Source: Hyalangium minutum (GTDB lineage: Bacteria > Myxococcota > Myxococcia > Myxococcales > Myxococcaceae). From it: a stretch of DNA of 64,000 nucleotides. The notes under the pieces are model-generated. The model was not told the DNA's origin. It searched no databases and worked only from the letters and a program-made list of their open reading frames with translations. A program made the position numbers and the translations under genes. The stretch is from the NCBI RefSeq assembly GCF_000737315.1, contig NZ_JMCB01000006.1, positions 372,001 to 436,000 on the forward strand, in the 5' to 3' direction. Shown one piece after another: positions 18,230-27,659 of this stretch. Within the stretch, counting starts at the first letter, position 1. Each line of letters opens with the position of its first letter.

Positions 18230-19315
18230 CTAGAGCGTGCCGCCGTCCTTCGGCTGCTTCGCCTGCGCCCACGCCGCGCACGGGGCCCGCGCCGGCTCCA
18301 GCTCCTTCTCCGTGCGCTGCGCGATGAGCGGGCACACATCCGCCTCGCTCCAGAGGCTGGCATCGTCGTGCTCGCGGTCGTAGTGCACGGCCTGGAGCCC
18401 CTTGCCGTCGAGCACGAGCAGCTCGTCGTTCCCGTCCCCGTCGAGGTCCAGCTCGGCCTGCGCCAGCTTCTGGCCCATGCGCTCCAGCGCCACCGCCTGG
18501 CGGCGTGCGCCCTGGCGCTGGTAGTCCCAACCTCCCGAGACCTTGATGACCTCGAGCCACGCCTTGGAGCTCACGTTGGAGGTGCCCGGCGAGGTAGGTG
18601 AGTCATCCTCTCCCGCGAGCACCCACACGTCGGGGCTGAACATGCGCACCGCGCGGTAGCGGTCGTGGCGGCTGCCCACGAGGTTCACCCGCGACAGCGA
18701 GCCCTGGTTGAGCCGAAGCACCCAGACCGAGTCCCCCTGGCTCATGCGGCACACCTGCGTGGTGTCATCCTTCGGGCCCGCCAGCGCGAGCGGCGTGCAC
18801 GAGAACGTCACCTCCGCCTTCGTGCAGGCATTGGCCTCGTCCGAGGGCTCCTCCGGCTCCGGCAGCGCCGTCACGGCGGTGTTCAGCTCCCAGTCGTCCA
18901 GCGCCGAGGCCACCTGTTCCAGGTCCTTCTCCTTCACGCCGTCCATGAAGAGGCGCTCCGGGGCGATGTCTCCCCGCTCCTCCTGGGCCTTCTGCAGCCA
19001 GGGCTGCAGCGCCTGGGGCACCTTCGCGGACGCGAGGCGCTCCTTCAGGACGGCCGGGTCTCCCCGCCAGCTCTGAGCAAGGGTGCCTCGCGCCAGCCCG
19101 AGATCGCGATCCACCGCCTCCCGGGACTTCTCCACCTCGCTCACGCGCTTGCGCAGCCAGTCCACGTCCTGGGACAGCGCACGGTTCTTCGCCTCCTGCT
19201 CGCGCTGGGCGCTCTTCACCGCCTCCACGCGCTTGCGGAGCTCCTCGTCCTGCTCTCCGGAGTTGCACCCCGCGAGCACGAGCCCCATCACCAGCGACAG
19301 ACCGAACCGCTTCAT
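18230..19315 (-). CDS. Hypothetical lipoprotein (coiled coil plus beta-rich domain)
   Basis: Lipobox LAGC and heptad-like segment. ATGA overlap with the upstream lipoprotein gene. Confidence 0.8.
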   Translation of the reverse strand: MKRFGLSLVMGLVLAGCNSGEQDEELRKRVEAVKSAQREQEAKNRALSQDVDWLRKRVSEVEKSREAVDRDLGLARGTLAQSWRGDPAVLKERLASAKVPQALQPWLQKAQEERGDIAPERLFMDGVKEKDLEQVASALDDWELNTAVTALPEPEEPSDEANACTKAEVTFSCTPLALAGPKDDTTQVCRMSQGDSVWVLRLNQGSLSRVNLVGSRHDRYRAVRMFSPDVWVLAGEDDSPTSPGTSNVSSKAWLEVIKVSGGWDYQRQGARRQAVALERMGQKLAQAELDLDGDGNDELLVLDGKGLQAVHYDREHDDASLWSEADVCPLIAQRTEKELEPARAPCAAWAQAKQPKDGGTL

Positions 19316-20961
19316 GGCGTCACCTCCCCCGCGTCCACTGCGGAGCCCGCATCCGCCGTGGCCTCCGGGGTCGCCGTGGCCTCCGGGGTCGCCGTGGCTC
19401 CCGCGGCTGGCTCAGCCGGAGCTTCCGCGACAGGCTCGGGGCAGGCCTTCAGGTACGCCTCCGGGAAGCGCTTCGGCTCGGCGCGCAGGGCCGTGCAGAC
19501 GGTCGAGGCATCCAGCTGCTTCACCGGCTCCGAGCCCTGCGTGGCCGAGAAGGCATAGGCCACCACCTTGCCCCCCTTCAGCCCCACGAGCGTGGGCTCG
19601 CTCTTCCCCGGCAGCGGCACCAGGGACGGCTTCTGGCCCGCACTCACCACCTCGTCCAGCTCGCCCACCGGCTCGAGCGTCCCCAGCAGCTCGCTGGAAG
19701 GCGGCGAGAGCTTCTTCCAGACTGTCACGAGCGCCGGGTGCCGCAGCACCAGCGTGCTCTTCTCCTCTGTCAGCACCTGCTGCGAGGGGCCCAGCGCGCG
19801 CACCACCCGCGACACCACGAAGATGCCCGGAGCGGGCGTCGCCTCCAGGTTCGCCGTCACCGTGGTGGACACTGGATCCGGAGGCGCTGCAGGGTCCACC
19901 TCCGCCGTCTCCTCCTCTTCCTCACTCGGCTCACAGGTGGCCAGACACTCCTGATAGGCCACCTCCTGCCGGGCCTCCTCGGCGCGCTCACTCGCGGCCT
20001 GTGCCTCCGCCTCCGCCTCCGCCGCGGCCAGGCGTGCCTGCCTCACCTCGGGCGGCTCGTCGCTCTCGTCGTCCTCCGTCTCCTCCGAGTCGTCATGATC
20101 GTGCCCGTACCCGTCGTCCGGCTGGCACGCGCACGGATCCTCGTAGCGGTTGAAACGGACCTCGCAGTCGTGGATGCACGCGCTGCGCGACGTCGTAGCC
20201 GTGCACGCGACGAGCGGCTCCACATTGGGCGGGTTGTAGAGCGAGGGCTCCGGCTTGGGGTAGTCGCTCACATAAAGGCGGCCCTGGTGAACGAAGGCCA
20301 CGCGCACCACGTCCAGCGCGGTGGGCAGTCCCAGCTCGGCATAGGGTGAGTCCACGCTCGTGCCGGGCGCCGGGTGCTCAATCGTCGAGGTGCAGAAGGC
20401 CGCCGGAGGCAGGCCCTCTCCCGTGGCCGCCAGCGAGGCGCAGCCCCAGTTCGGTGAAGAGGTGGTGTTCTTCTCCACGTCCGCGCAGGCGTCCTCGTAG
20501 GGGGCCACGTCACATGGGCCGCACCCACCCTCGCCCGCCCCCTCCTCGTCCCCCTGAGCAACACACGGGCGCTCATCCGCCAGGACCCTGGCGGCCAGCC
20601 CCACGACGCCCTTCGGCTCCTTCTGACGCACTGCTTCCGCCAGCTGGAAGCCCTCGCGCGCGGCGTTCATCTCCCACGTCATCGCGAGCCCATTGCCCTC
20701 CTCGGCCCCGAGGTACGCGGCCGCCGCCAGCGTGCCGTGGTAGGCCGCTCGGACCTCGCCCAGGCGAGCCTGCGCCTCCGTCAGCTTCGTGGTGATCAGC
20801 TGCTTCTCTCGCGCCATGTCCTCGCCGAAGGTCTTGGCCTCGGCCAGCTTCTTCTCGGCGGTGGCGAGCTCCTGCGCCTGCTTCTCGCGCTCCTGGCTGT
20901 TGCCACAAGCAGCGAGCACGAGCAGCACGGCGGCGGCTCCTGCGACTCCTGGACGGCCCAT
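19312..20961 (-). CDS. Hypothetical Cys-rich lipoprotein (coiled coil, acidic linkers)
   Basis: ATG 20961 after GGGAGGGAG and lipobox LAAC. Many Cys, with a Pro/Ala/Thr tail containing an 18-nt tandem repeat. The track start at 21078 is an over-extension. Confidence 0.8.
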   Translation of the reverse strand: MGRPGVAGAAAVLLVLAACGNSQEREKQAQELATAEKKLAEAKTFGEDMAREKQLITTKLTEAQARLGEVRAAYHGTLAAAAYLGAEEGNGLAMTWEMNAAREGFQLAEAVRQKEPKGVVGLAARVLADERPCVAQGDEEGAGEGGCGPCDVAPYEDACADVEKNTTSSPNWGCASLAATGEGLPPAAFCTSTIEHPAPGTSVDSPYAELGLPTALDVVRVAFVHQGRLYVSDYPKPEPSLYNPPNVEPLVACTATTSRSACIHDCEVRFNRYEDPCACQPDDGYGHDHDDSEETEDDESDEPPEVRQARLAAAEAEAEAQAASERAEEARQEVAYQECLATCEPSEEEEETAEVDPAAPPDPVSTTVTANLEATPAPGIFVVSRVVRALGPSQQVLTEEKSTLVLRHPALVTVWKKLSPPSSELLGTLEPVGELDEVVSAGQKPSLVPLPGKSEPTLVGLKGGKVVAYAFSATQGSEPVKQLDASTVCTALRAEPKRFPEAYLKACPEPVAEAPAEPAAGATATPEATATPEATADAGSAVDAGEVTP

Positions 20962-21149
20962 GTGGTGGACACTCCCTCCCATCCCCCAGCATGGCCCATC
21001 CCTGGGGTTCCTGTCAGTGCCAGCCCTCGCTCCCAGTGAAGGGTGACCTGTCCTCCAGCACAGGGTAGAGCGAAACATGTATCTGCGGCATTCTGTAGGT
21101 GTGACAGCCTTTGGCAGCCTCCCAGGTCTGGCACCTGCGACGAGACCTC

Positions 21150-24100
21150 ATGAGTAAGGACGACCCTACCCTCAGCATCGTGGCCCCTCCCCCCAAGGGG
21201 GAGACGGGCGGCTCTGGGTTGGATTCGACCTTGCCGGGGCGCACCGCCCGGACCATGGAGGTCTCCAAGGCGCTGCCCAAGGGCGAGACGGACCGGTACG
21301 ACATCTCCGGGGAGTTCGCCCACGGCGCCATCGGCCGCATCCTCCACGCGCGCGACAGGCGGCTGAACCGCCCCGTGGCCATCAAGGAGCTCATCTTCCC
21401 GGGCGGCACGGTGGAGGCGCGCTTCGTCACCGAGGCCTTCATCACCGCGCGGCTCCAGCACCCCTCCATCGTCCCCGTCTACGACGCCGGGCGCTGGGAG
21501 ACGGGCGAACCCTTCTACGCGATGAAGTTCGTCTCGGGCCGCTCGCTCGCGGACGTCATCTCCGAGACGAAGACGCTCCAGGATCGGCTCGCGCTGCTGC
21601 CCCACGTGCTCGCGGTGGCCGAGGCCATTGCCTACGCCCACACCGAGCGCGTCATCCACCGCGACCTCAAGCCCGCCAACGTGCTGGTGGGCGACTTCGG
21701 CGAGACGGTGGTCATCGACTGGGGCCTGGCGAAGGATTTGTCCGACAAGAACACCTCGGACATCGGAGGCATGACCACGCCCCTGGGGGTGGATCCGTCC
21801 CTGACGCACCTGGGCACGGTGGTGGGCACGCCTGCATACATGCCACCGGAGCAGGCCGCGGGCCGCGCCGTGGACGAGCGCGCCGACGTGTACGCCCTGG
21901 GCGCCATCCTCTACCACCTGCTGGCGGGCATCCGGCCCTATGACACGGGCTCCTCCGCGCAGGTCATCGATCAGGTGGTGCGCGGCCCGCCGCCGCCGCT
22001 CGCCAAGCGCCAGAAGGGCATCCCTGCGGACCTGTTGACCATCGTGGCCAAGGCCATGGCGCGGGACCCCGCGCAACGCTACGCCACCGCGCGCGAGCTG
22101 GCGGAGGACCTGCGGCGGTTCCAGACGGGGCAGATCGTCGCGGCGCATGCCTACTCCTGGCGCGAGCGCATGTGGCGCTTCATCCGGCGCTACCGGTCTG
22201 CGGTGCTCGTCTCGTCCGGAGCGTTTCTGCTGCTGCTCTTGCTAGGCACCGCGGGCGTCATCCGCATCATGGCCGAGCGAGACCGCGCCGAGAGCAAGCA
22301 GCGCGAGGCCGAGGTGGCCCGTCAGGACGCGGAGCGCGCGCGGCAGCTGGAGCGGGAGCGCGCCGACGAGCTGACGCTCATGCACGCGCGCACCTCGGTG
22401 GACCGGGACCCCAACGAAGTCATCCCCTGGCTGCGCAGCCTGTCGCCCAATTTCGCGCGCTGGTCGGCCGTGCGCACCATCGCCGCGGATGCGCAGGCAC
22501 GCGGCTTCGCCATTGTCCTCCGGGGACACTCGCAGACCGTGGATGACCTGGCCTTCACGCGGGACGGCCGGTACCTCGTCACCGTCAGCGACGACTCCAC
22601 GGTGCGCCGCTGGGACATGCGCGGCGGGGGCACCCGCGTCCTCACCGGGCACACCGATGAGGTGTGGCGCCTCTCCCTCTCCTCGGACGGCAAGCTGCTG
22701 GCCACGGCGGGCAAGGACCGGACCGCGCGCATCTGGAACCTGGAGACGGAAGAGAGCCGTGTCATCTCGGGCTTCCCGGGGCCGGTGGACAGCGTCCTCT
22801 TCACCCCGGACGACAAGCAGCTCATCGTCACCAACCGCGGCGATGGCTTGGTGCGCATCTGGAACGTGGCCACTGGCGCGCTGGACCGGACGCTCACCAC
22901 GGGGATGAGCCGCCTCAGCCAGCTCGCGCGCTCCCCGGATGGGCGCTACCTGCTCGTGCTCGCGCTCCAGTCTCCCCAGGCACAGCTGTGGGACTTGCAG
23001 CAGAACACCTCGAGGCTGCTGGACCATGACGGCACGGTGACGACCATTGCCTTCTCTCCGCGCGGAAACCTCGCCATCACGGGAGCGCTGGACCAGACGG
23101 TGCGCTCGTGGGATCCCGCCACCGGCAAGGGCCGGATCCTGGGCCAGCGGCTCGGCACCCTCTCGAGCCTGGCCTTCTCGCCCGACGGAGCGCAGCTGGC
23201 CGCGGGGACGCTGGAGGGCCAGGTCCGGCTGTGGAACCTGGACACCGGCAAGAGCGACCTGCTGGGCAGCCACGAGGGCCGCGTCAACGAGATCCTCTTC
23301 TCCCGCGATGGCCGGCTGATGGCCACCAGCAGCGACGACCGCACCGCGCGGCTGTGGGAGCTGGCCAACGGCCACAGCCGCATCCTGCGCGGCAACCAGG
23401 GCGCGGTGTACTCCATGGACTTCTCCCCGGACGGGGAGTGGCTCGCCATGGGCAGCTATGACAGCACGGCGCGCCTGTTCGCCGTGAAGGCCGAGCCCAA
23501 CCGGCTCCTGGTGAAGACCTCGGTGGCGCTGAACTCGCTGGTGGCCTCGCCCTCGGGGCAGCTGATGGCGGCCCTCGGAGGCGACGGTGCGCTGCGCCTG
23601 GTCGACGTGAACACGCGGACCGTCCTCTTCCGGGAGCAGCTCGGCACCGGCGAGCAGTTCCCCATCCAATTCTCGCCCAACAACCACTGGCTGGCGGCCG
23701 GGGACTCCGCAGGACGGGTGCGCCTGTGGGCGCTCTCCTCCGGGCAGCCCGCGCGCCAGCTCATCGGCCACGCGGGGACCGTCACCGCGATCGCCTTCAG
23801 CCAGGACGGCCTCAACCTGGCCACCGCGGACACCACGGGCGAGATCCGGCTGTGGGAGCCTGTCTCGGGACAAATGCGCCTGCTGGGCCGCCACGACCAC
23901 GAGGTGCTCCAGCTCACCTTCTCTCACGATGGCAAGAGCCTGGCCTCGGGCAGCAAGAAGGGCGAGCTGCGGGTCTGGGACATCGCCACGGGGAACTTCA
24001 AGGCGCTGCCCGGCCACGATGGCGAGATTCGCAGCGTGCTCTTCTACCCGGACGACAAGCGGCTCGTGAGCGGGAGCCTGGACCACACGCTGCGCATCTG

Positions 24101-24542
24101 GGACCTGGAGACCGGCAGCAGCCTGAAGGCCCCCGGCAGCGGCAACGGCGTGCAGAAGATCGTCATGTCTCAGGACGGCTCGCTGCTGATCAGCGCGAGC
24201 GTCAAGGACGGCATCCTGCGGCTGTGGGACGGCAAGACGGGTGCGTCCCGCGGTGTATTCCAGGGCCACCAGGGCGACATCACGGATGTGGCGCTCTCGC
24301 CCGATGGCCGGCGGGTGGCCTCATCGAGCGTCGACACCACGGTGCGGCTGTGGGACCTGGAGACCAACGAGAGCCGGGTGCTCCGAGGCCACGCCGCCCG
24401 AGCCACCGGCGTGGTGTTCCTGGACGACCAGCACCTGGCCTCGTGCGGCTGGGATGCGACGCTGCGCAGCTGGGCGGACGACCTGCCCACGGACCCCGAG
24501 GCTCTGCGCGCCTGGATGTCCACGGTCGGCAACATCCCCTAA
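21150..24542 (+). CDS. Hanks-type Ser/Thr kinase with one TM helix, coiled coil and about 16 WD40 repeats
   Basis: VAIKEL, HRDLKPAN, VIDWGLAK and GTPAYMPPEQ. TM helix AVLVSSGAFLLLLLLGTAGV, then repeated GH...WD units. Confidence 0.92.
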   Translation: MSKDDPTLSIVAPPPKGETGGSGLDSTLPGRTARTMEVSKALPKGETDRYDISGEFAHGAIGRILHARDRRLNRPVAIKELIFPGGTVEARFVTEAFITARLQHPSIVPVYDAGRWETGEPFYAMKFVSGRSLADVISETKTLQDRLALLPHVLAVAEAIAYAHTERVIHRDLKPANVLVGDFGETVVIDWGLAKDLSDKNTSDIGGMTTPLGVDPSLTHLGTVVGTPAYMPPEQAAGRAVDERADVYALGAILYHLLAGIRPYDTGSSAQVIDQVVRGPPPPLAKRQKGIPADLLTIVAKAMARDPAQRYATARELAEDLRRFQTGQIVAAHAYSWRERMWRFIRRYRSAVLVSSGAFLLLLLLGTAGVIRIMAERDRAESKQREAEVARQDAERARQLERERADELTLMHARTSVDRDPNEVIPWLRSLSPNFARWSAVRTIAADAQARGFAIVLRGHSQTVDDLAFTRDGRYLVTVSDDSTVRRWDMRGGGTRVLTGHTDEVWRLSLSSDGKLLATAGKDRTARIWNLETEESRVISGFPGPVDSVLFTPDDKQLIVTNRGDGLVRIWNVATGALDRTLTTGMSRLSQLARSPDGRYLLVLALQSPQAQLWDLQQNTSRLLDHDGTVTTIAFSPRGNLAITGALDQTVRSWDPATGKGRILGQRLGTLSSLAFSPDGAQLAAGTLEGQVRLWNLDTGKSDLLGSHEGRVNEILFSRDGRLMATSSDDRTARLWELANGHSRILRGNQGAVYSMDFSPDGEWLAMGSYDSTARLFAVKAEPNRLLVKTSVALNSLVASPSGQLMAALGGDGALRLVDVNTRTVLFREQLGTGEQFPIQFSPNNHWLAAGDSAGRVRLWALSSGQPARQLIGHAGTVTAIAFSQDGLNLATADTTGEIRLWEPVSGQMRLLGRHDHEVLQLTFSHDGKSLASGSKKGELRVWDIATGNFKALPGHDGEIRSVLFYPDDKRLVSGSLDHTLRIWDLETGSSLKAPGSGNGVQKIVMSQDGSLLISASVKDGILRLWDGKTGASRGVFQGHQGDITDVALSPDGRRVASSSVDTTVRLWDLETNESRVLRGHAARATGVVFLDDQHLASCGWDATLRSWADDLPTDPEALRAWMSTVGNIP

Positions 24543-26450
24543 TCAGCTCCCACCTTCGATGAAGGGACGGGCCTGGACGATCCAGATCTTCTCTCCCTCC
24601 AGCACCCACTCGATGTCGAGCGGGCCCGCGGTGGGGAAGACCTTCGTCAGCTTCGCGGCCGCCAGCGACAAGTCCCTCGCGCGCGCCTCCGACAGCACAG
24701 GGGCGGCGCTGGCGGTGGGCACCTCCTTGATGCCGCCCTGCGCGTCGAACACGAGCATCGTCGCGTCATCCGAGCGCGACAGCACGCGGGCGCCCGGGTA
24801 CTTGATGTCATAGAGGATCTGCTCGGGGACGGTGACGCCGGACACCACGCTCAGACCCAGCCCGCGCTTGGCGTTGATGGTGTACGTGTGGTTGTCGCTC
24901 GGGTCGTAGAGGTTCTTCGTCACGAGCACGCCGGCCGCAGTGGCGTTGACGCCCGTCTGCACGAGCACCCCGGAGAACACCGAGCGCGGCTCGATGCCGA
25001 AGCGCGTGCGCTCCTCCACGGCGTGGAAGTTCCAGAGCGAGGCCCACACCTGCTTGATGGCGGCGCCCAGCGCCTCGCGCCCCACCACGTTGGGCACCGT
25101 GTCGTAAAGACCCGCACCATTGAAGCCCTTGAGGTCCTCGGCGTTCGTGGACGAGCGCACGAAGACACCCTTGCCTCCGAGCGAACCGTTGATCTGCGCC
25201 TCCACCTGCTCGAGCAGTGCCGAGTCGATGGGCGCGGCGGTGATGCGGGCGCGGAAGGCTTCCAGGCGCTCCCGGCGCACCTTGGCGTCCTTCTGGAACT
25301 GGGGGTCAGCGAGCATCGCCTCCAGCTCCGTATCGATTCCGTTGCGCTTCAGGTGCTCCACGTAGAACACGAACGGGATACCAAACCCATCGGGGACGAA
25401 GACGCCCTTGAGGCGGGCCTGGATGATCTCCCCGAGGTTCGAGGCCTTGGTGCCAAAGAGACGGGCATCCCGGGCACGCATGGCGTTGAGTGAGCGGAGC
25501 TCGCGGACGGTGAGGTCGGCCTCGGGGACGAGGACCTTGCGAGCGGCCTCTCGGGCCTGCTTCCAGGCGGTGAGCTCCTGCTCGGTGGCTGGGCGCAGCA
25601 CGTGGCTCTGGTTGCGCACCTCGAGCCGGACGAACTGTCCGTCCAGTGCGACATACCGCGTGGCGGCGTCCTTGAGCGTGGCATTGGGGATGCCCCAGGC
25701 ACGGGCGCGCAGGTTCACGTGAGACAGCGGCGTGGAGAACCGCGTGGAGAGCACCCCGGCCACCGGGGGCAGATCCGGGTAGGACTCCTGGAGGACGACG
25801 ATGTCATCCGGCTCGAAGAAGAGGGACTCGTAAGGAGTGCCCGGCGGGACGATGCGCAGCCGGCCGAGCGCCTTGCCCACGTTGAAGGGCCGGTAGTCGG
25901 CCTCCTTGTAGAGCACGTCGCTGGTAACGGTGGGGATGTCCTTCAGCTCGTCGAGCAGGGACTCTTGCGCCGTGGACTCCGGGCGGAAGGCCACGTCCTT
26001 CACGAAGAAGGACTTCAGCAGGCGCTCCCGGGCGCGGCGCACATCGGCGGGGCGGATGCGGTCGCTCTCCCAGAAGCTGAACGTCCACCGCTTCGCGCCC
26101 CGGTGGTGGGTGATGTAGCCGAGGATGTAGTTCGGCTTCTCCGCACTGTAGTTCTTGAAGTACTCCGTCCGCTCCTCCGGCGACATCTTGTGCCGCAGGA
26201 TGACCTTCGAGACGAAGTCCTGGTGCAGCCGGTAGAGGTTGACGTCGAAGAAGTAGATGGCGTCCGACTTCAGATCGATGAGGAACTTGCCGACATCATC
26301 GGTCTCGACCGGGTGGGCGTAGGCGGAGAAGGTGGCCGCGTCGCGGATCTCCGAGATGAACGGAGCCCGCGCGCGAGAAGCCCCACTCGCCGGGCCGCCC
26401 AGCGCCAGGAGGAGAAGAAACCCGAAGGCCAGAGGAGCAGTGCGGAGCAT
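24543..26450 (-). CDS. Exported dikinase-like protein: signal peptide, N-terminal domain, phosphohistidine domain, C-terminal PPDK_N ATP-grasp
   Basis: Signal MLRTAPLAFGFLLLLALGGPASGA. TPLSHVNLRAR (His244), FGTKASNLGE, VRSSTNAEDLKGFNGAGLYD and DIEW. No pyruvate-binding TIM barrel. Confidence 0.8.
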   Translation of the reverse strand: MLRTAPLAFGFLLLLALGGPASGASRARAPFISEIRDAATFSAYAHPVETDDVGKFLIDLKSDAIYFFDVNLYRLHQDFVSKVILRHKMSPEERTEYFKNYSAEKPNYILGYITHHRGAKRWTFSFWESDRIRPADVRRARERLLKSFFVKDVAFRPESTAQESLLDELKDIPTVTSDVLYKEADYRPFNVGKALGRLRIVPPGTPYESLFFEPDDIVVLQESYPDLPPVAGVLSTRFSTPLSHVNLRARAWGIPNATLKDAATRYVALDGQFVRLEVRNQSHVLRPATEQELTAWKQAREAARKVLVPEADLTVRELRSLNAMRARDARLFGTKASNLGEIIQARLKGVFVPDGFGIPFVFYVEHLKRNGIDTELEAMLADPQFQKDAKVRRERLEAFRARITAAPIDSALLEQVEAQINGSLGGKGVFVRSSTNAEDLKGFNGAGLYDTVPNVVGREALGAAIKQVWASLWNFHAVEERTRFGIEPRSVFSGVLVQTGVNATAAGVLVTKNLYDPSDNHTYTINAKRGLGLSVVSGVTVPEQILYDIKYPGARVLSRSDDATMLVFDAQGGIKEVPTASAAPVLSEARARDLSLAAAKLTKVFPTAGPLDIEWVLEGEKIWIVQARPFIEGGS

Positions 26451-26454
26451 GTGC

Positions 26455-27486
26455 CTATCCCACCGGCCCCAGCACGATCTTCCCGATGGCCTTGCCGCTC
26501 TGGCTGTGCTGGTGCGCCTCGGCGAGCCCTGCCACGGTCCACGGCTTCTGGGTCACCAGGGTGGTGCGCAGTGTCCCCGCGTCCACCAGCGCCGAGACGT
26601 GGTCCAGGATGGCGCCCTGCATCTCGGGCTGCACGTTGAGCATGGGACGGGTGAACATGAGCTCGTACACCACGGAGATGCGGCGCACGTAGAGCGAGGC
26701 CAGATCCACCGGCTTGGTGATCGGATGGAGGCTGCAGATCTTCCCCATGGGGGCGATCAGCGCTGTCAGCGTGTCGAAGTTGATGTCCGGATTGATGGTG
26801 TTCAGCACATAGTCCACCGCGTCGATGCCGTTCGCGGTGAGCTGCGCCTTGAGGTCCTTCGAGTGGTCGATGACCACGTGAGCGCCCATCTTCCGGCAGA
26901 ACTCCACGCTCTCGGGCCGCGAAGCCGTGGCGACCACCTTCAGGCCACACACGCGCGAGAGAATCTGGATGCCGATGGAGCCCACGCCTCCCGCGCCGCC
27001 GATGATGAGGGCCCGCTTGGGAGTGCCGGGCTGAGGCCCGAGGGGAATGCCGCAGCCCTCCACCATGCCCTCCCAGACGGTGAGCGCCGTAAGGGGGAGC
27101 GCCGCCGCCTCGATGAAGGACAGCGAGGCCGGCTTGCGGCCGACGATGCGCGAGTCCACCACGGTGTACTCGGAGTTGCAGCCGCGGCGGGCGATGTTGC
27201 CCGCGAAGAAGACCTCATCGCCCTTGCGGAACCGGCCATCCGCCTGGGGGCCGACGTCCTCGACGACACCAGCGCAGTCCCAGCCAGTCAGGACAAGCTC
27301 CGAGTTCTGGAGCTTGCCGAAGTCCGCCACATTTTGCCGCACCATCGAGTCCGCGGGGTTGATGCCCACAGCCTTGACGCGGACCAGCAGATCAGAACCT
27401 TGGGCTTCGGGGACGGGCAGCGTGGCCTCATGGAGAACCTCGGTGCCACCGAACTTCGTCTGCCCCAGTGCCTTCATCGTCTTCAT
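26455..27486 (-). CDS. MDR-family (zinc-binding ADH / quinone oxidoreductase-like) protein
   Basis: VKAVGINPAD, GWDCAGVVE, AAALPLTALTVWE and IIGGAGGVGS. Confidence 0.9.
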   Translation of the reverse strand: MKTMKALGQTKFGGTEVLHEATLPVPEAQGSDLLVRVKAVGINPADSMVRQNVADFGKLQNSELVLTGWDCAGVVEDVGPQADGRFRKGDEVFFAGNIARRGCNSEYTVVDSRIVGRKPASLSFIEAAALPLTALTVWEGMVEGCGIPLGPQPGTPKRALIIGGAGGVGSIGIQILSRVCGLKVVATASRPESVEFCRKMGAHVVIDHSKDLKAQLTANGIDAVDYVLNTINPDINFDTLTALIAPMGKICSLHPITKPVDLASLYVRRISVVYELMFTRPMLNVQPEMQGAILDHVSALVDAGTLRTTLVTQKPWTVAGLAEAHQHSQSGKAIGKIVLGPVG

Positions 27487-27659
27487 GCGCAGCCCTCCCA
27501 GCGGATGTGCCGGGCAGAGCCTGCTACGAACCGCGCCCGGCTGCACGCGCGATGAGCGGCGCTCGGGAGGGCAGACTGCGGCCAGCCTGGGAGCCTGCCA
27601 ACCGGGTGCTCCCCACCGGTCCGCAGGTATGACAGGTTTGAGCCATGAACGAGGGCGCC

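Noticed and set aside
19355-19398. 18-nt tandem repeat
   Set aside because: It is intragenic and encodes a TATPEA low-complexity tail. It is not a CRISPR or mobile-element repeat.
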